Below are positions 9,691 to 18,141 of a DNA stretch of 64,000 nt, piece by piece. Position 1 is the stretch's first letter. The number at the start of each line of letters is the position of its first letter. Where the stretch lies: assembly GCA_016869145.1 (NCBI GenBank), contig VGEU01000001.1:49234-113233 (forward strand). Reading direction: 5' to 3'. Both the position numbers and the translations under genes were made by a program. The notes under the pieces are model-generated. The model was given only the letters and a program-made list of their open reading frames with translations. It searched no databases and was not told where the DNA came from. The stretch is from Alphaproteobacteria bacterium. GTDB lineage: Bacteria; Pseudomonadota; Alphaproteobacteria; MPNO01; VGEU01.

Positions 9691-9803
9691 GGCTCTCTCC
9701 CCGGGTCCTGGGCTCGGCGCAGTCTAGTGCAGGATGCCGCCGGAACGGAACGGGCCGCCGACTGTCGCCGGCGGCCCGCCTCGATCACGGTCGCATGACC
9801 GCT

Positions 9804-10790
9804 TTACTTCGTCAGATTGGCCTTGAGCGCGATCTCGCGAAGCTCCTTCGCACCGTCCGCGCAGCACTGTTTGGTCACTTCCCACAGGCTCTCCGACCAC
9901 ACCTTGTTGATGAGGTCGATCTTGTCCTTGGGCAGCATGACGTCCTTGACGCCGAGCTTCATGAGCTCGTCGTCCTCGAGCTTCTGGATCGCATCGCCTT
10001 GGGCGGGCATCTCCTTCTCGAGGCGGAGGCCGACGTCGAGGAGGATCTTCTGCTCCTCGGGCTTCAACCGGCCCCAGCGGGCGAGGTTGACGAAGATCGG
10101 CACGTTCGAGGTGCCGAAGGTCGGCCGCATGCGGAACTTCGCGACCTCGAAATGCTTCATCGTGAGCATTCCCGCGGCCGGCCAGGCCGCGCCGTCGATC
10201 ACACCCTTCTCGAGCGCCGTGTAGATCTCGCCGCCGGGCAGCACGACCGGCGAGCCGCCGAGCGCCCGGATGACACCGTGATAGCTCTGCGTGCCGCGGA
10301 CCTTGCGGCCCTTGAAATCGCCCTCGGCCGTGAGCGGCTCCTTGAGGAAGATGTGGTAGCCCTGGTTGCTGCTCGCCGGCAGGCTGACGAGCTTCAACCC
10401 GTGCTGCTTCTGATAATACTGGTCGATGAAGTTCCACACCCCGGCCGAACGGCGCTTATCGACATCATACTCGATGGCATCCATGACCAGCGCGATGCCC
10501 TTCGCGCCGGCATGGTAGACGCCGTGGGTGAAGAGCATGTCGAAGACGCCCGACGTCACGGGCTGGAGCTGCTGGAACGGCGGCACCACCTCTTCGGAGA
10601 AGATCTGGATCTCGAGCTGCCCCTTCGAGGTCTCGGCGACCCATTTCTGGTAGTTGTCGATCGGCACGTAGGTCGGCCAGTTGTTCTTGCCCCAGCTGCT
10701 CAGGAGCCGCAGCTTGGTCTGGGCGTCGGCCGACATTGGCAGGCCCACGAAGATGCAGAGCGCCAGTCCCAGCGCCAGCAGACGTCGCAT
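9804..10790 (-). CDS. TRAP transporter substrate-binding protein (DctP family), tandem copy A
   Basis: Start at MRRLLALGLALCIFVGLPMSADA (signal peptide) inside the 569-aa ORF. It is about 75% identical to the copy at 10880-11866 (RGTQSYHGVIRALGGSPVVLP and AAWPAAGML are shared). Confidence 0.85.
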   Translation of the reverse strand: MRRLLALGLALCIFVGLPMSADAQTKLRLLSSWGKNNWPTYVPIDNYQKWVAETSKGQLEIQIFSEEVVPPFQQLQPVTSGVFDMLFTHGVYHAGAKGIALVMDAIEYDVDKRRSAGVWNFIDQYYQKQHGLKLVSLPASSNQGYHIFLKEPLTAEGDFKGRKVRGTQSYHGVIRALGGSPVVLPGGEIYTALEKGVIDGAAWPAAGMLTMKHFEVAKFRMRPTFGTSNVPIFVNLARWGRLKPEEQKILLDVGLRLEKEMPAQGDAIQKLEDDELMKLGVKDVMLPKDKIDLINKVWSESLWEVTKQCCADGAKELREIALKANLTK

Positions 10791-10879
10791 CGTATTCACT
10801 CCCTGTTGGTCATATCGCGATGGTCCGCAGTCTAACCATGTGACCGCGGGCCGTACAATATCGGTCTCGGCGGTGGCCG

Positions 10880-11866
10880 CTACTTGGTCATGCCCGCCTT
10901 GAGCGCGATCTCGCGGAGCTCCGGCGCGCCGTCGCCACAGCACTGCTTGGCGAGCTCCCAGAGGCTCTCCGACCAGACCTTCTTCACGAGCTCCGCCTTC
11001 TCCGGCGAGAGCTGGAGGTCCTTCACGCCGAGCTTGGCGAGCTCGACATCCTCGTTCTTGAGGATCGCATCGCCGAGTGCCGGCATCTCTCGCTCGAGCC
11101 GCAGCCCGGCGTCGAGCAGAACCTGCTGCTCGGCCGGCGTGAGCGTGCCCCATTTCGCGATGTTGATCAGGATCGGCTCGTTCGAGGTGCCGAAGGTCGG
11201 CCGGACACGGAACTTCGCGACCTCGTAGTGCTTCATGCTGAGCATGCCGGCCGCCGGCCAGGCCGCTCCCTCGACGACACCCTTCTCGAGCGCGGTGTAG
11301 ATTTCGCCCGGCGGCAGCACGACCGGCGAACCGCCGAGCGCCCTGATGACGCCGTGATAGCTCTGCGTGCCGCGGATCTTCCGTCCCGCCCAGTCGCCGG
11401 CCGGAGACAGCGGCTCCCTGAGAAAGACGTGGTAGCCGTGATTGCTGGCCGCCGGTATGGCGACGGCACGCAGGTTGTGGTGCCGCTGGTAGTAGCGGCT
11501 GACGAACTCCCACACACCCGAGGCGCGCCGCTTGTCCGGATCGTGGTCGATCGCGTCGAGGACGAGCGCGATGCCCTTGGCGCCGGCGTGGTAGACGCCG
11601 TGGGTGAAGAGCATGTCGAACACGCCGGAGGAGACGGGCTGGAGCTGCTGGAACGGCGGCACGACGTCGTCGGCAAAGATCGTGATCTGGATCGCGCCCT
11701 TGCTCATCTCGTGGACGTATTTCTGGTAGTAGTCGACCGCCGCATAGGCCGGCCAGTTCGTCTTGTTCCAGCTCGACAGCAGACGGAGCTTGGTCTGGGC
11801 GTCGGCGCTCGACACGGCGCCGAACAGAACTGACAACACGAACCCCAACGCGATGATGATCCTCAT
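10880..11866 (-). CDS. TRAP transporter substrate-binding protein (DctP family), tandem copy B
   Basis: 328 aa with signal peptide MRIIIALGFVLSVLFGAVSSADA. It is a paralog of the 9804-10790 gene. No DctQ/DctM genes are in the window. Confidence 0.85.
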   Translation of the reverse strand: MRIIIALGFVLSVLFGAVSSADAQTKLRLLSSWNKTNWPAYAAVDYYQKYVHEMSKGAIQITIFADDVVPPFQQLQPVSSGVFDMLFTHGVYHAGAKGIALVLDAIDHDPDKRRASGVWEFVSRYYQRHHNLRAVAIPAASNHGYHVFLREPLSPAGDWAGRKIRGTQSYHGVIRALGGSPVVLPPGEIYTALEKGVVEGAAWPAAGMLSMKHYEVAKFRVRPTFGTSNEPILINIAKWGTLTPAEQQVLLDAGLRLEREMPALGDAILKNEDVELAKLGVKDLQLSPEKAELVKKVWSESLWELAKQCCGDGAPELREIALKAGMTK

Positions 11867-12014
11867 GATGGCGCTCCCCGAATCCGAACCGTCACGGTCG
11901 CCGACAGTTTAGCCGTTCGGCCGGTTTGCGCAATTCGCGATCGGCCCGGCCGCTTGCCCGCCTCCGCCGCCGCCGATAAGGTCTCGCCACCGGAACGCAG
12001 AGGGAGCAAGAACA

Positions 12015-12776
12015 ATGGCAAAGCCCGTCACCCGCATCGGCACGCCGACGTCGCGCACCGACGTCCTCAAGATGCGGGGCAAGGACACGCTCAGCGATAT
12101 CGTCGGCAAGCGGTCCTTCACCGAGACGTTCTATTTCATCGTGACCGGCAAGCTGCCTAATGCCATGCAGACCAAGGTCTTCGACGCCTGTCTGATCATT
12201 CTGATGGATCATGGCATCACGCCCAACGCGCTGGTCGCGCGGATGGTCGAGGAAGCCTGTCCGGAAGACGTCCAGATCCCGATCGCGGCCGGGCTCCTCA
12301 TGGTCGGCAACAAATATGCCGGCACGATGACCGGCGCGGCGGTGATGTTGAGCGAGGGGATCAAGGCGCCGGACCACCGGGCCTGGGCGGCCGACTATGT
12401 CGCCAAGGCGCGCGCCGCCAAGCGACGGATCGCGGGCTTCGGCCATCCCTATTATTTCCCCGACGATCCGCGCGCCGCGCGCCTGTTTGAGGTGGCGCGG
12501 GAAGCCGGTGTCGATGGAAAATACATACGGCTGATCAAGCTGGTGAGCGAGGAGATCGACAAGGGCGGCAAGCACCTCACGCTCAACGTCACCGGGGCGA
12601 TGGGCGCCCTTCTCTGCGAGATCGACTTCCCGATCCCGGTCATGCGCGGCGTCTCGGTGATCGGACGCGCGGCCGGCCTCGTCTCCCACATCTACGAGGA
12701 GAAGACCAACGGCAACGCGGTCGCCAACGCGGTCATCGACCTCGTCAACAACGTCGAGTATCAGGACCCGGCATGA
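12015..12776 (+). CDS. Citryl-CoA lyase-like protein (short citrate synthase-family protein)
   Basis: 253 aa. The GFGHPYYFPDDPRA motif matches the citrate-synthase catalytic region (GFGHRVY..DPR). Its length fits the citryl-CoA lyase subfamily. Confidence 0.65.
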   Translation: MAKPVTRIGTPTSRTDVLKMRGKDTLSDIVGKRSFTETFYFIVTGKLPNAMQTKVFDACLIILMDHGITPNALVARMVEEACPEDVQIPIAAGLLMVGNKYAGTMTGAAVMLSEGIKAPDHRAWAADYVAKARAAKRRIAGFGHPYYFPDDPRAARLFEVAREAGVDGKYIRLIKLVSEEIDKGGKHLTLNVTGAMGALLCEIDFPIPVMRGVSVIGRAAGLVSHIYEEKTNGNAVANAVIDLVNNVEYQDPA

Positions 12777-12783
12777 CGGCGAC

Positions 12784-12806
12784 GGGGCGGGCCATCGGCC
12801 CGCCCC
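12784..12806. terminator. GC-rich hairpin (GGGGCGGGCC-atc-GGCCCGCCCC) downstream of the citryl-CoA lyase-like gene
   Basis: Perfect 10-bp inverted repeat with a 3-nt loop, seen directly. Confidence 0.5.
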
Positions 12807-12808
12807 GG

Positions 12809-12888
12809 CCTTGTTTCCCGGCTGGCCTCATTTCCCGGCTGGTCTTATTTCCCGGCCGGCCTTGTTTCAGGAGCCTTATTTCAGGAGG
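12809..12888. repeat. Five tandem ~14-17 bp degenerate repeats (CCTYRTTTC + CCGGCYGG or AGGAG). The last unit contains the GST stop codon.
   Basis: Sequence ccttgtttcccggctgg cctcatttcccggctgg tcttatttcccggccgg ccttgtttcaggag ccttatttcaggagg. Confidence 0.7.
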
Positions 12889-13481
12889 CCTTCGGCTTTC
12901 ATCGCCTCCTGCACCTTCGGCCGCGCGCCGACGCGGGCGTGGTAGTCCTTAAGACGCTGGTCGTTGATCTCGACGCCGACGCGCGCGCTCCAGTTCATCA
13001 CCGTGAACAGATAGGCATCGGCGACCGAGAAGTTCTTCCCCATCAGGTAATCCTTGCCCGCGAGCTCGCCCGAGATATAGGCGTAGCGCTGCGCGAGCCG
13101 CTCCTTGACGGTCGCCTTCACAGAATCGGGCGCCGTCGGGTTGAAGAGCCACGAATAGTTCTTGTGGAGCTCCGAGGTGATGAAGTTGAGCCACTCCTGC
13201 ACGCGGTAGCGCTCGACGGTGCCGTTCGTCGGCGCGAGCCCGGACTGCGGCGCCTTGTCGGCGAGGTACTGGACGATCGCGGGGCCCTCGGTGAGGCGCT
13301 GACCGTCGTCGAGCTCGAGCGTCGGCACATAGCCCTTCTTCGAGATCGCCGTGTAGTCGCCGCCGTCCTCCATCTTCCTGGCGCGGATATCGACCTTCAC
13401 CAGCGACACCGGAATCCCGGCCTCGCGCATCACGATGTGCGGCGACAGCGAGCACGCGCCGGGTGAGTAATAGAGCTTCAT
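12876..13481 (-). CDS. Glutathione S-transferase
   Basis: Start at MKLYYSPGACS (strong RBS AGGGAGGAAG). The GST N-terminal thioredoxin-like motif and C-terminal helical domain are present. Confidence 0.85.
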   Translation of the reverse strand: MKLYYSPGACSLSPHIVMREAGIPVSLVKVDIRARKMEDGGDYTAISKKGYVPTLELDDGQRLTEGPAIVQYLADKAPQSGLAPTNGTVERYRVQEWLNFITSELHKNYSWLFNPTAPDSVKATVKERLAQRYAYISGELAGKDYLMGKNFSVADAYLFTVMNWSARVGVEINDQRLKDYHARVGARPKVQEAMKAEGLLK

Positions 13482-13515
13482 CGCTTCCTCCCTCTTGCTG
13501 CTTCGATCGATCCAG

Positions 13516-15867
13516 TCACGCACGCTTGGCCGCCTTCAACGCGGCCCAGATCTTGGCCGGCGTCGCCGGCGTGTCGAGATGGGTCACGCCGCGGGTCGCG
13601 AGCGCATCGAGCACGGCGTTCATCACCGCCGGCAGCGAGCCGGCATTGCCGCCCTCGCCGCAGCCCTTGACGCCGAGCGGATTGGTCCGCGCCGGCACCG
13701 CATGGGTCGAGAACGCGAAGCTCGACAGCGTATCGGCGCGTGGCATGGCGTAGTCCATGTAGGACCCGGTCAAAAGCTGGCCGTCTTCGTCGTAGACGGC
13801 GCCTTCCATCAGCGCCTGGCCGGCGCCTTGGGCGATGCCGCCGTGCACCTGTCCCTCGACGATCAGCGGATTGAGCATGGTTCCGAAGTCGTCGACGACG
13901 GTGTAGCGCAGCATGTCGACCTCGCCCGTCTCAGGATCGATCTCGACCTCGCAGGCATGGCAGCCATTGGGATAGGTCGCGGGCGCGGTGTCGTGCGCGA
14001 GCGCGACGTCGAGTGACGTCGGCAGGCCCTCGGGCACGGTCGCGAGCGTCTTCACCTTCTGGGCCAGCGCGATCAGCCCGATGGTGCGGTCGGTGCCGGC
14101 GACGTGGAACGCACCGCCCCGATACTCGATGTCCTCGACCGCCGCCTCGAGCACGTGTGCGGCGAGCTTCTTGCCGTTCTCGATCACCTTCTCGGAGGCG
14201 GCGAGGATTGCGGTGCCCGAATGGATCGCCGATTTCGATCCGCCCGAGCCGCCGCCGATCACCATCTGGTCGGAATCGTCCTGGCGGACCGTGATGCGGT
14301 CGAACGGAACCTGGAGCTTCTCGCAGAGGATCTGGGCGAAGGTGGTCGCGTGCCCCATGCCGAAATCCTTCGAGCCGGTCCACAGCGTGACGGTGCCGTC
14401 GGGCTCGAAGCGGATGTCCGCGAGCTCCTTGCCGGGCGGCGCGGTGAGCTCGAGATAGGCGCCGATGCCGAAGCCGCGGAGCCGGCCGCGGGCTTCGGAC
14501 TCGCGCCGGCGCGCGGCGAATCCCGCCCGGTCGGCGCGCTCCATCGTCTTGTCGAGGACAGCGACGAAATCACCCGAGTCGTAGGTCATGTCGAGCGGCG
14601 TCTTGTAGGGCATCTGATCCCGCCCGATCAGATTGCGTCGCCGCAGTGCGACCGGGTCGCTCCCGGTCTCGCGCGCGGCCTGATCGATCAGCCGCTCGAG
14701 GATGTATTTCGATTCGGGCCGCCCCGCGCCGCGATAAGGCCCGGTCGGCACCGTGTTGGTCATCACGCATTTCATCGCGACGGCGACCGCCGGCGTCTTG
14801 TAGACGCTCACGATATTGCGGCTCAGCACGTTGGTCGGCGGCGCCGGCCCCATCGAGGTGAGATAGGCGCCCATGTTGCCGTGCCCGGTGATCCGGATCG
14901 CGAGGAAGTTCCCGTCCTTGTCGAGGGCCAACGCGGCATCGACGATGCTGGCCCGCCCCTGGTGATCGGAGAGGAAGCTCTCGGTCCGGTCGGCACGCCA
15001 CTTGACCGGCCGCATCAGCTTGCGCGCGGCATAGAGCACCGAGACGGATTCCGAATAAGGCTGGCCCTTCATGCCGAACGACCCGCCGACGTCTTGGCTG
15101 ACGACGCGGAGCTTCTTGGGATCGATCTTGAACACGCTCTGGGCGATGTTGTTGCGGAGCCCGAACACACCCTGCGAGCCGGTCCAGAGCGTCATCTTGT
15201 CCGACGCGGCGTCATAGGTCGCGAGCGCCGCGCGGGGCTCCATCGCGTTGACGACGACGCGGTTGTTGTCGAGGCGAAGCCGCGTGACGTGCGCGGCCTT
15301 GGCGAAGGCGGCGTCGACGGCCGCCGGATCGCCGAGGAGCCAGTCGAGGCAGACATTGTTCGGCATCTCGGGGTAGATCTGCGGCGCGCCGGGCTTCGCC
15401 CCTTCGACCGCATCGGTGACCGCCGGCAAGGGCTCGATCTCGAGCACGACGAGCTCGGCCGCATCCTGCGCCTGGTCGCGCGTCGCGGCGACGACAACGG
15501 CGACCGCGTCGCCGACATGGCGGACCCGGTCGACGGCGAGCGCCGGCCGGTGCGGGATGATGAGGGGCGAGCCATCGCGGCTCTTGAGCGGCACGACGCA
15601 GGGGAAGCCGCCGAGGCCATCGGCCGCCATGTCGGCGCCGGTGAAGATGTCGACCACCCCCGGCGCGCGTTTCGCCGCCGCGAGGTCGAGCTTTCGGATG
15701 AGCCCGTGCGCCACCGTCGAACGGACCATGACGGCGTGAACCTGGCAGGGCAGGCTCTCGTCGTCGGAATAAAGCCCGCGCCCGGTGAGGAGCCGGGGGT
15801 CCTCGGTGCGGCGGACCGGCTGGCCGATGCCGAAGCGGACGAGATCCAGGGCGCTGTCGTCGGGCAT
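13516..15867 (-). CDS. Xanthine dehydrogenase family molybdopterin-binding large subunit (orphan, no adjacent FeS/FAD subunits)
   Basis: 783 aa, N-terminus FGIGQPVRRTEDPRLLTGRGLY, with GGSFG, GAGRPES and QVHGGIAQG motifs. Confidence 0.9.
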   Translation of the reverse strand: MPDDSALDLVRFGIGQPVRRTEDPRLLTGRGLYSDDESLPCQVHAVMVRSTVAHGLIRKLDLAAAKRAPGVVDIFTGADMAADGLGGFPCVVPLKSRDGSPLIIPHRPALAVDRVRHVGDAVAVVVAATRDQAQDAAELVVLEIEPLPAVTDAVEGAKPGAPQIYPEMPNNVCLDWLLGDPAAVDAAFAKAAHVTRLRLDNNRVVVNAMEPRAALATYDAASDKMTLWTGSQGVFGLRNNIAQSVFKIDPKKLRVVSQDVGGSFGMKGQPYSESVSVLYAARKLMRPVKWRADRTESFLSDHQGRASIVDAALALDKDGNFLAIRITGHGNMGAYLTSMGPAPPTNVLSRNIVSVYKTPAVAVAMKCVMTNTVPTGPYRGAGRPESKYILERLIDQAARETGSDPVALRRRNLIGRDQMPYKTPLDMTYDSGDFVAVLDKTMERADRAGFAARRRESEARGRLRGFGIGAYLELTAPPGKELADIRFEPDGTVTLWTGSKDFGMGHATTFAQILCEKLQVPFDRITVRQDDSDQMVIGGGSGGSKSAIHSGTAILAASEKVIENGKKLAAHVLEAAVEDIEYRGGAFHVAGTDRTIGLIALAQKVKTLATVPEGLPTSLDVALAHDTAPATYPNGCHACEVEIDPETGEVDMLRYTVVDDFGTMLNPLIVEGQVHGGIAQGAGQALMEGAVYDEDGQLLTGSYMDYAMPRADTLSSFAFSTHAVPARTNPLGVKGCGEGGNAGSLPAVMNAVLDALATRGVTHLDTPATPAKIWAALKAAKRA

Positions 15868-15954
15868 GCGATACCTCTGGCAAAAGCGGGTGGCGAAAGC
15901 GGGCGGAGCCGTCTCTTTACCCGAGGCGGCGCGGAACCGGAAGTGAGGAGGTTG

Positions 15955-18099
15955 TCAGCCCGTGGCGTGAAGGCCCCAGAACGGTTTGCTGTAGCCGGGC
16001 GAACGCGGCTCCGGCCACGCGCCGTAGTAGCGGACGACCTCGTCCGGCGGCTTCCGCTTCGACCAAGCCCTCATGAACGCATCGAACGGCTTGCCCTTGC
16101 GCCGCCGCTCGCGACGGAGCGCGGCGCGGGCCCGTTCGGTCGCCGCACGGTCGACGAGGCCGGTCTCGGGATCGATCAGGACGCGATAGATGTCGCGTGC
16201 GACGGCCTCGGTGATCATGCCGTCGCGGAGGTCGCGGACGACCGCCTCGGGCTCGCGCTCGAGCACATCGCCATAGCCGCCGCCACCGCCCATGCTGAAG
16301 ATCATTAAGTCGCCTTCCTCGAACTTTTCCGCGCGCTGGCCGGACGGCTCGATGCGGTAGGTGCCGGCCAGCTTCTGCTCGGTGAGGAGCGCGTAGTAGC
16401 TGAGATCGACGTCCTCGCCCTCTGCGATGCGCGCGAAGAAATCGGACCTCTTGATGATGATGCGCGGATTGGGCGGGCCGTAATAGCCGCCCATCAGGCC
16501 GGGATTGTGGCTCAGCTTGTCGGCGCTGCCCCATGAGCTCAGGACACAACCGAGATGACCGCACGCGGTCGACACCTCGACGAGCGGCGCGCCGCCGCGA
16601 TATCTGCCGTAGCCGTGATAGTTGCGGTCGATCCGCCGATCGAGCACGAAATGCGGCAGACGGGTGTCGGTCTCCTCGGTCTCGCCCGAATCGGTGAACG
16701 GTCCCCAGAAGAACCCGATCGCGCTCTCGCCGTCGGAATCGAAGCGCGCCCCCTGCCCGGCCGCATTTGTCGCACCCGAGAAGTTCGCCGCCATATAGCC
16801 GCGCCGGTTCTCGCCCGAGAACACGAAGACGTTCTGGTTCCGCGAATGCGGTGCCTGGACCGCCTCGCGATAGGCGCTGTCGAACAGGAGCTTCGAGCCG
16901 AGGACATGCGCGCCGTTGACCACGCAGGCCGCGATCGAGGTTCCCATGCCGTGCGCGACGTCGTAGCTCGAGTTCGCGATCGACGGCCCCTCGACGAGAT
17001 AGCGGATCGGCTGCAGAAGGCCGGCGTTCGGTTTGAGCCCGCGATAGAAGTAGGAGAAGAGGTATACGGCGCTCGCCGCACGGACGAGATGCCAGGTGCC
17101 GTGCATCGGCCCGACCTTGTTCTCGGGCGAGACGCCCTGGACCAGGATCGTGAGCCCGTCACCCTCCTTGATCATCGTCACGGGTATGCGCGTCAGCCCG
17201 AGCGCGCCGCCGAGATCGTCGTCGTTGAACATGACCGCGCGGAAGATCCCGTCGTTGAGCTCGGCGATCCGCGCGCGCGCCTCGATCTCCGCCCGCATCA
17301 GGATCCGCCGCATGCCGCCGACGACCATGTGGACACCGCGCCGCTCGACCTCGCGCATGAGGCGGTCGCGGATCAGCTTCAGGGTCGCGACGCGCGAGCG
17401 GAGATCGGCGGCGAAAACGAACGGGTTGCGGACCGACCCGGTCATCATGTCGAGGACGTCCTGGTTGAGAAGCCAGTCGCTCCCGATCCGCATCATCTGG
17501 ATGTGGAGACCCTCCTCGTAGCGCGAGCGAGCCTTCGAGTTGAAGCCGCCCGGCGTCGGCGAGCCGGAATCGCCCTGATGGCCGCCACAGCTCACCCAGC
17601 CGACCAGCTCCTCGCCGAAGAACACGGGTGCGGCGGTGAACATGTCGAAGGCGTGCACGCCGCCCGCGGTCTCGTCGTTGAAGAAATAGATGTCGCCGTC
17701 GCGGAGCCCGACGGTCGGATTGGGACGGTAGTACTTGTTGACGTATTTGAGCTGGGCGTTGTTGAGCATCGTGTGGAAATAGATGCCCGTCGCGACCGCC
17801 ACCGGATCGCCCGAGGCGGTGAAGAGGCCGCAATTCATGTCGCCGGTGATGACGCTCTCGGTGATCGAAAGCGCCATGTAGACATCGCGCGCCTCTTCGA
17901 CGATCGCGGTCAGCTTGTGGTGAAGGAGCTCGACGTCGAGATCGTTCACACGCCCGATGCCTTCGGCCTCGAGCGCCGTGACCGGCTCGAGGCCGTGGCA
18001 GATCAGATCGGGGTCGACGCCCGGCCCGCGCCCATAGGCGTCACGGTCATAAGTGAGCCCCGCGGTGAGCCGGACGTGATGATCGAACAGGGCGCCCAT
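15955..18099 (-). CDS. Hydantoinase B / oxoprolinase (HyuB) family protein, acetone-carboxylase-alpha-like, tandem copy 1
   Basis: 714 aa, with GDMNCGLFTASGDPVAVATGIYFH, a glycine-rich GGGGGYGDVLEREPEAV segment and a C-terminal extension. It is about 70% identical to the next gene. Confidence 0.85.
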   Translation of the reverse strand: MGALFDHHVRLTAGLTYDRDAYGRGPGVDPDLICHGLEPVTALEAEGIGRVNDLDVELLHHKLTAIVEEARDVYMALSITESVITGDMNCGLFTASGDPVAVATGIYFHTMLNNAQLKYVNKYYRPNPTVGLRDGDIYFFNDETAGGVHAFDMFTAAPVFFGEELVGWVSCGGHQGDSGSPTPGGFNSKARSRYEEGLHIQMMRIGSDWLLNQDVLDMMTGSVRNPFVFAADLRSRVATLKLIRDRLMREVERRGVHMVVGGMRRILMRAEIEARARIAELNDGIFRAVMFNDDDLGGALGLTRIPVTMIKEGDGLTILVQGVSPENKVGPMHGTWHLVRAASAVYLFSYFYRGLKPNAGLLQPIRYLVEGPSIANSSYDVAHGMGTSIAACVVNGAHVLGSKLLFDSAYREAVQAPHSRNQNVFVFSGENRRGYMAANFSGATNAAGQGARFDSDGESAIGFFWGPFTDSGETEETDTRLPHFVLDRRIDRNYHGYGRYRGGAPLVEVSTACGHLGCVLSSWGSADKLSHNPGLMGGYYGPPNPRIIIKRSDFFARIAEGEDVDLSYYALLTEQKLAGTYRIEPSGQRAEKFEEGDLMIFSMGGGGGYGDVLEREPEAVVRDLRDGMITEAVARDIYRVLIDPETGLVDRAATERARAALRRERRRKGKPFDAFMRAWSKRKPPDEVVRYYGAWPEPRSPGYSKPFWGLHATG

Positions 18100-18141
18100 G
18101 GTCCTCCCTCCCGGCCCGACGCTGCCCGCCGCACGGCGCGC

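Noticed and set aside
8131-9798. 555-aa plus-strand ORF
   Set aside because: Antisense to the amidohydrolase_2 and YkgJ genes. It is a GC-frame artefact.
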